Below are positions 39,445 through 52,076 of a stretch of DNA of 64,000 bases, in pieces (positions within the stretch are counted from its first letter, which is position 1; each line of letters starts with the position of its first letter). Below the pieces are notes generated by a model, which ran no database searches, was not told the origin of the DNA, and saw only the letters and a program-made list of their open reading frames with translations. The position numbers were made by a program, and so were the translations under genes. Source of the DNA: Fimbriosthenelais zetlandica (taxonomy: Eukaryota). The stretch is taken from positions 29,016,001 through 29,080,000 of the forward strand of contig OZ365110.1 of assembly GCA_977030845.1 (NCBI GenBank), in the 5' to 3' direction.

Positions 39445-42400
39445 GTTTAAAATAGAACATTTTGATCTTTGACTTCATCAAATAAAACTGCCTCACATTC
39501 TTGTCAATTCATTTGTTTCTATAAAAAGATATCACACCTGATTTCAATGGCTCCTACCCATAATAACTTGCCATGATTTAGCAATACTTATGTGATATTT
39601 AAACTGGTAGTAGCCTTGATGCTATTATCGGGCGTTCTATTTTAGTAGCTTCCAAACAGGGAGATTTTATTGAACACATGGGTCGAGTGCCTGTATAGAA
39701 GATTTATATCTTACCCCTGAGGGGACTGGTCGTTAATAATGATATTATTGAACCCTCACAAGGCTGATGGAATATGTTTCTTCTACCCTTCACCACAGCT
39801 GGCTGGACCAGCTGCAACCAGAAAAAATGTTATTAAAACCCAGTGGATCCGCCAGAACAGAAAGTTATTTTCAGGAAGTATTTTGAAAATGAAATCTTTC
39901 TTAAAGACATCAAATATGGAAAAGTTAATCCCCGTGCATATATTATCCAGATTCATATCAACATCCATCTCTCATATGGCCAGCTATCAAACTCGTTAGA
40001 GTCATTAGCACAGTCATAATTGGCAGCAGACATTAAGTGAAATAATCGAGAACTTGTGTGAGAAACAGTGAACGAGGTTAATTAACGTAAAAATGACCAC
40101 CGCTTTTTTTGCCTAGGCCTTTCGGGCTTTTCAGAGACTCTCAAGTTGCAAACTATCCAGGAAGTCTGTCACACTTAAAGTCACGTAGAGCCGTATTATT
40201 AATTCTGAGAAGACACTAATGGCGATCCAAATATGTAAAGCTGGGCCACTCCCAGGTAACATGGCTTCAGCTTCCGGCTCCATAGAGGAATACAAAACAC
40301 AACAGAGCCTAAAAAACAGGTCGACCATTTCTTCTCCCCTTTTCGGTCATTGAACATAAACAACTTTGTGTTTTATCCGAGAGCTGATAACAAGGAAATG
40401 TTTCAGTGTTGGTCACCAGTATGAAAAATGTTCAATTAAAAGACCACAAGTAAAGATAATGGGAATAATGATCGGATGAGGTCCACCTCCCACATTCCTA
40501 GCCCACTCATGGCCAACAAATACGATCTGGGATAAAACTGCAGTTCTCTGTTTTGCTCTGTAGCTCGTTGTAGTTCTTTCCTCAACCTACACAAAGCCAG
40601 AGTAGACTAAAAGGCATTGCATTCATTGTGAAATTTGAATAAGATAATATACTGCATCGATCATGTTCATAATATCTACTTTCCCAGTTTTCGACAACCA
40701 AACATTTAGACACATGAAAATGAGAAATACAATGCATTCTTAATACTGTATACTAGTAATCTGGAAAGGAAACAGATGAAAACCCAGTTGATGTTTATGA
40801 ACCCCAAACATGTGTCATGGAAAGCTCAGAATATTTCAGATGTCTTTTATACTCTGATATAAGATGATATCATGTGTAATGAACTCTGACATGAGTCAAC
40901 ATAAAAAGAACATCAGTTATAAAGGTACAACAATAAGCCGCTGATCATTAGCCACGAAGTATAGTATCGCCTATAATATATAAAAGACACTTGCGTTTAA
41001 CTTAAAGATTGTTGTCGTTTTTTCTTTATACCTTCACTCGTCTAGTGTTACCCCTTCACATAAAAGAACATAAAGGTCTGCAAGCAATATTATCTGCGGC
41101 GACAGAAACATAAAACATTAACTTATCAAAAAATTATTTATTATTTAAAATTATTATCAGTTTAGCAAGTATAGAAGCGAAACTTATTTCTATTCTACAA
41201 GTATATTCCCTTATTAGAATTCCGACAAATCACCAGACATAATTATAATGTTAAACCTTTGACGTCCCTTGGTATAAAAAATCATTATTGCCTGAAACAA
41301 ATGTATACGTCTTCCTTTGAGATAAGTCTAGTACCTTGCTATTGCAGCGATCACAATGAAACGGAATAGCAAATAAATATTATCCATATCAAGATCTTAT
41401 GAACGTACTATACCATAGATATTTGATACCATCATGCTACAAGTAAAACAATGTAAGCTTAACTATATAGCAACAAACAGAAAGTAGTTGGCATACATTC
41501 CGGAATGCCCGCCATGCCAATCAACAGTTCAAGCAACAACCTCCCCATAAGCGGTCTCCAGACCATCCCTTATCAATTCATCCACATCCCTTCTATATCT
41601 ACCCTAAGAATGATAAATTCCTCTGATAATTCAATATCATAGCACACTACTATGAAATAAACTGAATGGGGAAGCTGGCATGCCATTGTATATATGTATG
41701 AACTTAGCTGCCCATATTGCGCCCCGTTCCCCGAGTGCCTCACAATGTAGAGACCTTTTTGGTGAGTTCCACAAGAGCTAATGCTCACTAGTGATGAGAT
41801 TAGTGCTCGAGCAGCTCTGAGTGTGTTTGTATATCATGTTTTCCTTCCTCCGGCCATGTAATATGCCTTCGGTTAGTTTCGCAGGGAGATGTTGGCTCGC
41901 ACGCCACTGACAAGGGATAATTCAACCCACACGGTGGCCACCAGGCCATGTTAGCCAGGACCACCAAGATCTAAAGGGGAAAAAAGAACCTGATGAATAT
42001 TCCATAGGTGAGGGACAATGCTAGGCTGTGACAAGAAGACTATACCATAAAAGCTGGTTTTTTCTTCCTCTATGTAGAAAGGTTATGTTGTTTAGAAGGT
42101 ACAGATATCCAAATAATATGACATTGGAGCTCGCTAGACATCCGTATGAGATAAAACAATCCAGAAATAATGGTCCTTGCTCAGAATAGTATTTTCACTG
42201 GAAAATCGAAAGCTATAGTACATGAACATGAAACTTTCCACACGTGCCATATTACCACTGCTATACCATATATACATGTACGATTTTACTGTATCTGCAA
42301 GGTATTATGTAAATTCCCTTATACCTCATATGCCAAACTATCAATACAGAAACAGAAATAAATGTCAATCTTTTAATATTTCAAGCTTCAACTAGTAACC

Positions 42401-44759
42401 GTGAGCTGACCTGACTTCATGAAGCAGTAATATGAATCTAACTGACATTTGCTAGAGCTGCAGCATATTACATTACCCTGAAATCTCCTACACTTATTAG
42501 TGTTCGGGAGAGTGAGGTTTCTTTCCCGCCATCCAACCACCATCATATACAATTATGTAACAACCAACTCACTCTATCTAGCTCATAAAAGATATTCCTT
42601 GGCAGATTCTATAAATATTCTTTCCTCATTTGCTCCTCAACTACTGATAATTGTCACGGAAATCAAAGTAATTTGCACGGCAATTATATGAGCCACAAGG
42701 AGGAGGTCTTCACAAGGTCTGTACTCATTATTACTGTTCATGTCCTCGCCCGCACTAGTATGTTTTCACCGACCATTGTACGCCCCTCAAAGTTCATCAG
42801 GAGCTGGAAATGGTTGTGTCAATGTCCCAGAGAGTGTTCCCCGAACATCACTTTTTCGCTTCCTTTTTCTGTTTTCCTCTTAGCGTTATGTTGGGCTGTC
42901 TTGCAATAATGAAGCTATTCTTGTAGAAAGGTCAGCCTCAGAAGACGACTCTCGTTATGGTGCCTGAACTACACCCATGACCTTCTGAACACCATTCCCT
43001 TGGCCTCTGACCAACCCACAATGTTCCAAGGAAACATTTCCATTGCCTCTCGCTGGTCGGTTCAAGAATTTCATCAACTTCTCACGAACCCAAAACCACA
43101 GGAGGAAATACTTGCCTCAGTGAATTTTTTGCCCTGCGGTGGCTGACCGTCAATGAAATGCCTTTCTCTGATGTCATGCGCCAAAGTTTCGTGCCAGACC
43201 ACTGACTCACGTGGACTTCTTTAGTATTGACACAATTATCATTGATGCATCATCTATATTTTGGAGGGCTTCTGATGGGCTCTTCACACATTCATGCATG
43301 GATGGGAAACAAGCTTGCCAGCCGAGGCAATCATCATAATAATGACCTTAATGTGATAGCGGCACATATCCCATGACCCAGTTCCTTTTTCACTCAGCTT
43401 GGTTGACCAATCCATGTTGCTCTGTTTACTGCTTGTTTTCTGCCTCCCATGGGGCAGCAGTGTTAACCCATGAATCATAGAGTCAGTAATGGCTGTAATG
43501 AAAAGCTACCTGCTGAATTATAGATCTGATATACCTCCACCGTCCACTGACTGGCCTGAAGGGTCAACTACCACCACCGTAAAATTGAATGGTTTGCAGG
43601 GTGTTTATCTGCCTCTCGCATCAGATGCCTACAGCGGCATGAAAGCCTACATGCAATTAATGGTAATACGGCATGGCATTAAATTTACATGTGTCCACGA
43701 TAGGGACGCCATTACCGACTGACCCAGGTCAAACAGTCAGCACAGACAAAAAGCAATCCACTATCAGATCAAAGACATTACTCTAACCTAATAGTCTATG
43801 AGGATATTTCCTATTTCCCTTTTCCCCTATTAAAAATCAGTTTCCATTTGACATGTATACTGTGTATAATATTGGGTTCTGAACTGACAGGGTTTCCCTT
43901 AAGAAACACCAGGTGATAGGACTACAAAACTCCACCTGAATGTTCCAATGGAAACAGGCATATAAAAGACTCAAATAGATGTATTTTTACCGAGCCATCT
44001 ATAGGTTATATGGATAGGGATACATGGAATGGGAATATAACCATATGAGGTGGAAAAGAAACATGAGGAAAGGCTGGGCAGAAACGTGAGGAGGGGGAAA
44101 CCAAGGGGTGTCATTTGATGAGCGTATGTAGAGAGGCAATATTCAGCTTGCTTGGCACATACCCTACAGATCTGCCTTCCTCCAGGGTTGATTGGGTTTA
44201 CCTGTTAGTAATCCTACATCAGAAGGCTTCACAATTCAATCATGCTCACTAAGGCGTGGGCACACAGTCTAACAAGGTGTGGGGGTGGGCCGGATGACAG
44301 GGGGTACTCCTTTCCATGAGCAGAATATTTTAATTCGGGAAACGTAAGATGGTCAAACATCCCATGTTTGTAATCATGGACATATATAGAAAGGAATCTC
44401 AAATAGTTTTTTGAATAAAATGATCATTTGTATCAATTTTACAGTGGTTTAAAGGTGGAACTGTATATACAGGGGGATGAAACGTTCAGTATCAGTGAGC
44501 AAAACTGGCTAACCAATTCAGCAGATCCAACCAAGAATATGGAGAAAACTATATAAATCATTGAGTATCCCCCTCCTCCAGCCTCCCGAGACCTCCTCAA
44601 CCGACCGCTTCATAATCCGCCTGCCCACTGGTCAAAGTATTAGGCTTGGTCATCTGTGCGGAATTGAGATAGAAAGAACTAAAAGGATCAAAAAGGATCA
44701 GTGCCAAATATCATCAGCGCTTGAGGGCCTTCAGGCTCCATTTGACAGCGCCTTAGGGG

Positions 44760-45330
44760 CTATGACCTTTTGTTACGAGGGGTTATGACACTGTGATCTG
44801 ACAGGGTGGGTAGGTTATCCTCTCTAGGACCAGGCCTTGACCTGAGGTCATCACCTAGGTTACTGGTCAGTGACCGGTCAGTCCTCCCAGGAGGTCATGG
44901 TTTTACTGAAGGTGTCCCTGAGTCACTGCCAAGAGGGGTTAAGGGTCGAGGTGTGGGCCCTTATACTTCATGGAAATGCTTTGACACTGGGGCCAAGGGA
45001 CAAGCGAGGTGATCATTTCTCTATGGGACACTAACAAAACTTCATCAATTAGGCCACGACCTTGGCCTGCCCTTGAAGTCCTCAGGGGTGACCTTCATTT
45101 GACTTTGTGGAGACACAGCCATAAGATGGGTCATAATGATGGTTGACCATTGGCGCCCTGGGTTAGCTGACCCGGCGCCCTCTCACGACTAAAAGTGTCA
45201 ACAAGGAGGCCTCTAAGCATGCACAGTGGCCGACCCCATCCATTCGCCGGCTGAGTGTTTGTGGGACCAACATAAGTTGAGCGCAAAGGGTTAAGATATT
45301 GAGGTAAAAGTGACCTCTCGACTTTGACAT
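44760..45330. repeat. TGACC/GGTCA-rich interspersed repeat, copy B
   Basis: About 11 TGACC/GGTCA words in about 570 nt, versus about 1 expected. Includes TGACCT-G-AGGTCA (44838-44850) and GGTCA-G-TGACC (44865-44875). Confidence 0.45.
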
Positions 45331-45374
45331 CAGGTCTTATTACCTAGTCTGGTGGTGCAGCAAACAGAAGTCAA

Positions 45375-45657
45375 CTCATTCTGGTGACGCAGAAAATGCC
45401 TGTGATCATCATATAATTAGGTGATGTTGAAAAGATCAGACAACCTTTTCTCATTCTGTTGACATGTTGACACAATTTCAAAAAGCATCATTCTTAGATT
45501 TATTTTTTTTAAAACAGAATGATATGATAATGACTGCATGCAGAAAACACCAGACATTATCATCTCATTCTGGCGATACAGGAAACACCAGACATCATAA
45601 TCTAATTCTAGTGATGCAGAGAACACCGAAACATCATCTCATTCTGGTGACGTAGGT
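45375..45657 (+). repeat. Degenerate minisatellite, unit about 36-38 bp (CTCATTCTGGTGAYGCAGAAAACACCAGACATCAT-like)
   Basis: Unit starts at 45375, 45564, 45602 and 45638, with decayed copies in between. Confidence 0.7.
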
Positions 45658-48600
45658 TGCTCATGCCATTATGACCCTGAGCACCCATTACACGCCTTAA
45701 CAACAGCTAACAGGTGCTGTTCCAGGACTGGTTTCCTCCTTCGGACGACTTGTGTCAACATTAGAGATCAACATTGAATGGTAATTAGAATTAACGACTG
45801 TGGTCCGCAACAAAAAAAGGTCCAATGTTTCCTCCAAACTACGTTGTGTAGTCACTGTTTTGTGAGCGCCCTACAACAGACGGAGCTTTTCCCACAGCCC
45901 CCGTGCACCTCAAAGCCACTTAACAATTGTTGCCAATAGATTAGGTAATCCTGATCGGAATTATCGAATCTGGAACAGCGGAAACTGTTTGAGTCATCTC
46001 TTGTTAATCAGAAAGGGAGAGGGTGGTACTATAATGGAAGGTGGGACTGGGATGTATTGCCCAAAGGCTCAAAATCAATGTTGGATATATTTTGTAGCTC
46101 TGGTCAAGATATACATGTAGATAATTTGTCAGAAAAAAAGCCAATCATCTCCAATGTGTTTCGGTTATACAACTATATTGCTAAGCTTACCAGATATCGC
46201 TGGTGCAGGAATAGGATAAAGAGTAGCAAGATTAGGATCAACCTCTTCCATTCTCACTCTCAATATTGTCAGATGAATTAATGCGACACTCATGATTAGC
46301 GCCCTACAAGAGATTATCATTTCCCTCGCCTTATCCCACATAGATGGCATGCATTTTTATTCATTTCCTCCTGTAGTCGAGTGCGCCTTGATTAAAATAG
46401 AACAAGTGGTTCCTATGTTTTGCCTGTCATGCATGTACCAGCATTCCTCATAAAAAGCCAACAAGTCCTTTTTTTAAAACACATCATGCACTGTTTTACC
46501 TTGACTTCACTGATTTTCTGAGTGAGAGGATCTGTTTAGCTTTTATAAAATACAAGACTCTCGATACTTTGATCTATGGGTGTTGCTTGGAAAAAAGAAT
46601 CCCTTCACACTCTTCAGCATGGTTTTTCATATCCGTGGAAACTTTCCACTGCAAACTTACTGAGTTACTCATAGCTGAGTTTTTAAGCACCATTCATGCT
46701 GGGGTTACCAGTAGCAGACCCCTGGATGGATGTTTTTTTACCCATTAAATAAGGAAATCCCCCTCAAAAACACATCATCAATATGTTTGCGATGTGGAAA
46801 AAGAGCACAGGGAAGGGGGCCATAACGTGACACTGCCACAAACAGTATTTGGGAAAAAAAGTCCTCTGCACTGAAGATATTCTTCAATGTTTATTTAACG
46901 GGTGATCTAATCGATGTTGCATGCCTAGCCAGTGTGTTTACATGTCGTGAGGTGACATTTGTGACCAAGTCGACCCACATATGAGCCACTCTGACTCTTT
47001 TCCCGATAATAATAGGCTCCCAAATAATAGCTCAGAAACGCGTGTGTTTAGGGATCAGAGAGTCAACGCTACCACACACTGCAAAACTGATGCTTGCTTT
47101 TAGATGACAAGAATGAATGGATACATGGCCTAATTGCGCTTTCCCTAATATGAAATACATTGATTAGGTGATTATAAATTGTAATTAAGGCATATTTCAT
47201 GTCAGCATTTGAAGATGGCGGTGCCAAGGCCATGTTTAAGAGGTCAGCGTCACATGTAGAGAGAGATATCTAATACGTAAGTGATCTAATGACCCAGATC
47301 AGTCTATCAATCATCCTAATATAAAGAATACAACATGGGTTGACACTCGGCATAACTGGGGAAAAAATCCCCGGCTGTAATTTATGCCAATATTTGGCGG
47401 ACGTAATGAAGTTTTGGGGACGGGTCATGGCTCCCAGTAAAAAAGCTATTACTGAGGGTACTCAATAACCTAGTAATTTGCTTCAAAACTGACGGCCTCT
47501 ACCGTGCAATTTTCCAATAACGCACACTATTTATCAGCTGCCCTCTATAGTGGGGCTGACAGATAAATGCAAGCTTGCCTTTATTGCTTATAAGGCCTAA
47601 ATAAGCACAGTGTAACACACTGACGCATTGTTTGTTTTGCAACACACCAAAGAGAGTAAAAGCATGACACAATAACAATGCTTGAAGTTGCATGCATAAA
47701 GATAAAGCTATTTTGTGCTTAGTTTAAAAAAAGTAATGAGAATTAAGGTGACTTTTACTGCATTCGGACATTGCATGTGTAGATCATTCAGGAATATTCA
47801 GAGTAGTAGTTTAGGGTCATGTTCGCTCCATGACCCGCATATAAAATTAGTCTTTCCTAACTCTGAAAGGAAGTACTAGTTCAAATAAGAACTTAAATTA
47901 TCTCGACCAGACCCATCAGCTAGATAAGAAGCAACTTCATCTGTTTGAGAGGAAGAACACGGCCATTGAGATGCAATCTTCATCAGCTGGGTCAAATGTG
48001 CCAGGCTAAGAGGCAAGGGTTTTCTGAGCGGGTGGTCAGAAACATGTGTGCAGGGTGGAGACAATGTCTTATTGGGGCACTCCGGGCATCATGAGGTCTT
48101 TTTTGGGAAATGTATACCATCTCAATCTTCAAATAATCCCTATGAAAATGAGACATTTGGTACATTTTTGCAGGGAAAGATCCAGCAATTCAACGAAGGT
48201 CATAAGCCTGAGTAACCGGCAGAAAAAAGTACCAAAGTTCAGGGTAAAAATTGCCAATATATATATGCACTTAACAAAGTCACCCAAGTTGAGCCAATTG
48301 GCCCTGAAGGGGCATGGGCAGGGACTGGCGAGTGCAGAGCAGAGACAAGCTTTTCAGTTTGAGGTCATGCCATGTTGACCAGACGACAATAGGGCTATCT
48401 GGTGGGAGACACGAGGGAACAATCTCAGATCGAGGCTCAGTGAGCACGTGACCTCCCTCACCAGCCAATCAGCGAGCATCAGGAGCTTTGGGGTACAACA
48501 GGCCACTGGGGAACATCGTGGTGGGTCGTTACTTCAAAAATCACGCATGCGGCCATATTTCTTGGCGACATCTGACTTATTGTCAATTGGGGGAAATCCC

Positions 48601-49959
48601 AAGGCTGAGGTATAAAGGCCATACCGGTACAGATATGGAAATATGAAACAGGCAGTGCACATCTTAATTGTAAATATGCAACATTGTTGCCTTCTAAATA
48701 TTTCTCCGGGAAACGATAGCAGTTCATGAAAAGTATTCAAGGAACATTTTATACCACCCGTCTAGCCATCCCTCAAGTCTGTGCATATGAAGGATCTACC
48801 ATAATTACTAGCCATCACTTTAGCCTGCGAGTAGCAAGGGGAAAATGATTATTTGGCGAAATCAATAGCAGATGGAATAGAGGGGATATATAGGTAAAGG
48901 CTGATGACTGTTTCCCGAACATGTTTGCCAACAAGTCACTAGGAGGACTTATATGGTGCTGCAAACACTTTAGGGTCAGATCCCAAGGGAAGTCTGGGGA
49001 GTGTTCTTTAACAGCATTCTAGCTTTACTGGAATTTGAGCTCAAACATCTTAGGCTGTATACTCTAGCAAATAGAAAAGAAGGTTTTACTGTAATTTAGC
49101 ATTATTTGAGGCAATGATAATCGGAAATTTCTATCTTTATTCGCAATATTTTCGTGTTACTCAAAGGAACCCCATCTCATTTGTGGCAGTACCCAAACAT
49201 AGAGCGACTGTATGTTTGACAGGGTTGCATCTAGCATTAAGTAAAAGGGAGGAGAGATTGGTGCAGAACATGGAAGAGAAAAGGAAGAAAGGGCAGGAGA
49301 GCGGGAAGGAGATAACAGGTTCTTTGATTGGCCGCCATGGTTACTTTCATCTGTGGACCAACTAATGGGGATTAAACTTGTCGTCAATAAGAAGGCCTAA
49401 TATCCTCCACAATGCACCTATTCAAGTCCAAACCTGCCAATAAACTCAACAAAAACCTGCGCACATCAGTCCAAGAGCAAACTTCCCCACCAAACAGCCC
49501 GCAGGCCAGCCCCACCATCAAAAGGCCTAAGCCCTTCAAAGGTCCACCACTGGAATACCTTGGATGATCTCCGCAGGGCCTTTTGAGTGGGGCCTTCCTA
49601 GCGACTAGTGACCTTTGAGAATTACAGGGAGAGTAGCTCCTAAACCTAGGGTAATGGGAAAGGGCCAATCAAAAGTGCTAAAGCAAAGAGCTTGCCAAAA
49701 ACCCCACTGCCCAGAGCTCATTTCCTCAAGATTTCCCCGACATACCTTCTATAAAACAAAGATTGAATTGCTAGGAGGTGGGATGGACTTGATTAGAATG
49801 GGTGGGTGCAGCGAGATTCAAATAATTTAATGATTCATTACACAATTGGAGCCATAGAAGGTGCAGATAATGATGTTGAATTCTCTCATATACCTATGAT
49901 CAGCAAGTTGACACAAATATAGAATGAAGGACAAAAATGAACCTGAAATGGAGCAATAC

Positions 49960-49989
49960 CATTTCGCCTCGAATCATTTCGCCTCGAAT
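49960..49989 (+). repeat. Perfect 15-bp tandem duplication (CATTTCGCCTCGAAT)x2
   Basis: Read directly from the sequence. Confidence 0.85.
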
Positions 49990-51199
49990 TAATTCCCAAA
50001 ATCTCGCTAAATGGATGTAAACAAGAATGCAGATGAGGCAGTCCTATTATAATCAACTTCAGTCCAATAGAAACTCTGCTATAGTATATACATGTACCCT
50101 TTCAAGACCAATACAAGACATTCATCTGACTCTTGAAAAACTCAATATTTGTGAATTATCACAATGCCGGCTAGCCTATACAAGTTCTGCCCGGTACCGA
50201 GATGGAAAACACAATGCAAATATTGGCACCAGCAATAATCTGAGTACATGCACAAGCACCTGATAAAGGGATTATACTTGAGTATGTATACATGCTATCA
50301 CTGTTTGTAGTGAAGTGTGAAAGGACCCTCAGACTGAGTCAGGATATTGGCTGGCATGAGAAGTATAATTGGTTACAGAGGTATAGGTTCCCAGCTATAA
50401 TGCTAGACTAGATATTGGCTAGGATTAATATTGGCATCACCACCTGATTTAAGACCGGACTCAGCAGAGGAGGTAATTCACCCCCATACATTCTCCCAGC
50501 AATTAAAACACCCCGCTAAATAAGATCAAAACACCAGCCTGTGTTTAAGCGGCTCTATTGATAAACCCATCCAAACAAATAACAATAGTGTCTTTCCCCA
50601 CACAGTCATCCCATCCCCCAATCACCCGCGTCCCCCTTCTATCAGTAATCTATCAGTATTTAGAGTGAGGGCTGCTGGTGGGAGATGTATTGGTATCGTG
50701 GGTCCGACACGATATATTTCAATTATGAGCTGGTGGATGTATTCTGATACTGTGTGAGCACTTCCCATAGCTCCCATAGCCCCTCCGCATGGAGTGGTAA
50801 GCACTGGATCCCTCCCCAGGACTCTTGAGGACTAAGAGTGAAGGGATAAGAGGGGAGAGGGCAATGTGGATTACCCTAACCCCATTTCATTCCTTTCACT
50901 ATGTTATTCTCCATGCAGCCCGATACAAATGCCTTGGATGGATGGCTTTACGAGTGTTACATTCAAGGCAGGGCTGTCTCATAAATCACACAGTTCATAA
51001 TAAGTAATAGCCTGTCAGTTTCTGGTGAAATTCTGACATTGCTAGCTCTGATCAACTGGGTCGAATTGGGATATGAATGTATAAATGTAGTTGTTGGGAT
51101 ATACAAGTATAGTTGCTGGCATATATGCATGTAGTTAACGTTGGTATTGAGTTATAAGTTATTAAGACCTTTTCGACATCACCAAGCAGATGGTACATT

Positions 51200-51460
51200 T
51201 TCCCTTTCTAATCCCTCCACTTTAATTCCTCTCCTTCACTTCTTTTGAATTCCTGACCATTCCTAATATGCGCGTTTGTCTTCCCGACCCTCTTCTTGCA
51301 AAACCTGGCTTCTTTTACCTCCACCCACCTCACTTCTTTCTGCCCCTTTCCGTCCGATTTCCCCAATCACTTCTCACTCTACTTTTTCCATTTCACAGAA
51401 CAGATTCCCTGGCACCAACGTGCTCCCTTCATTCCTCAACGCCCGCCCCTCTCATCTCAG
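51200..51460 (+). repeat. Pyrimidine-rich tract upstream of gene 2
   Basis: C/T-biased block immediately before the CpG-richer putative promoter of gene 2. Confidence 0.55.
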
Positions 51461-51991
51461 TATAATTATATGCCTTCCTCGGTTATAAATATGAACCGAG
51501 GCGACGAAGACAGAAGCATCATAAGCCAGAGATAGCCCCGTCCAGAGAAGTGATGTGGGACTGAAAATCACTAGATAGTGTGAGGAGAGGGCGCTAGACG
51601 GTTCTTTGATGGATCCCTTCTCTTTTAGGCCTTCCCTCCTTACTGCCCAACACCTCTCTGCGTGCGCAACATCCGCCCGTTAGAGCCTTGGCGCGTCAAC
51701 AGAGGGAGCTACTCCATGGTCTGGACCAATAGGAGCACGGGAGAGAAGGCCCCAGTAGACTATAACTTGCAGCGGCGCATTGAAGGTACCATCAGTTCAA
51801 CACGTCAGACCCTCCGAATACTCTTCTCGCTTGCCAATGCTGCTTTTGGAACAGCAGCTACCCAAGCGTCGGAACACTTAAACACATCCCGCCTTCATCG
51901 CTCACATCACAAGGTTTACAGTCCTTTTTCCTCTTCTCTCAAACATTTGGATAATTCTGAAGAGGTTCTTCTACTTCAAAGAGGTGCCGAA

Positions 51992-52076
51992 ATGGAGTTG
52001 GGAAGTCCGTTGGCAATGCTGACCCACTTGATACCAATTTTCACCATTCTTATCAGCGTTTCAGCTGAGACCAACG
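51992..52076 (+). CDS. Gene 2 signal-peptide exon (MELGSPLAMLTHLIPIFTILISVSAETN-); rest of the gene not found in the window
   Basis: Purine at -3 and G at +4 (GAAATGG). Classic hydrophobic core ending VSA|ETN. Donor AAC-G|gtaagg, phase 1. Preceded by a GC/CpG-richer region at about 51480-51900. Confidence 0.65.

Noticed and set aside
43205-43231. Peptide THVDFFSID, resembling the FkbM/Star methyltransferase motif
   Set aside because: There is a stop 12 codons upstream, no following VEGxE and no splice signals; probably chance.
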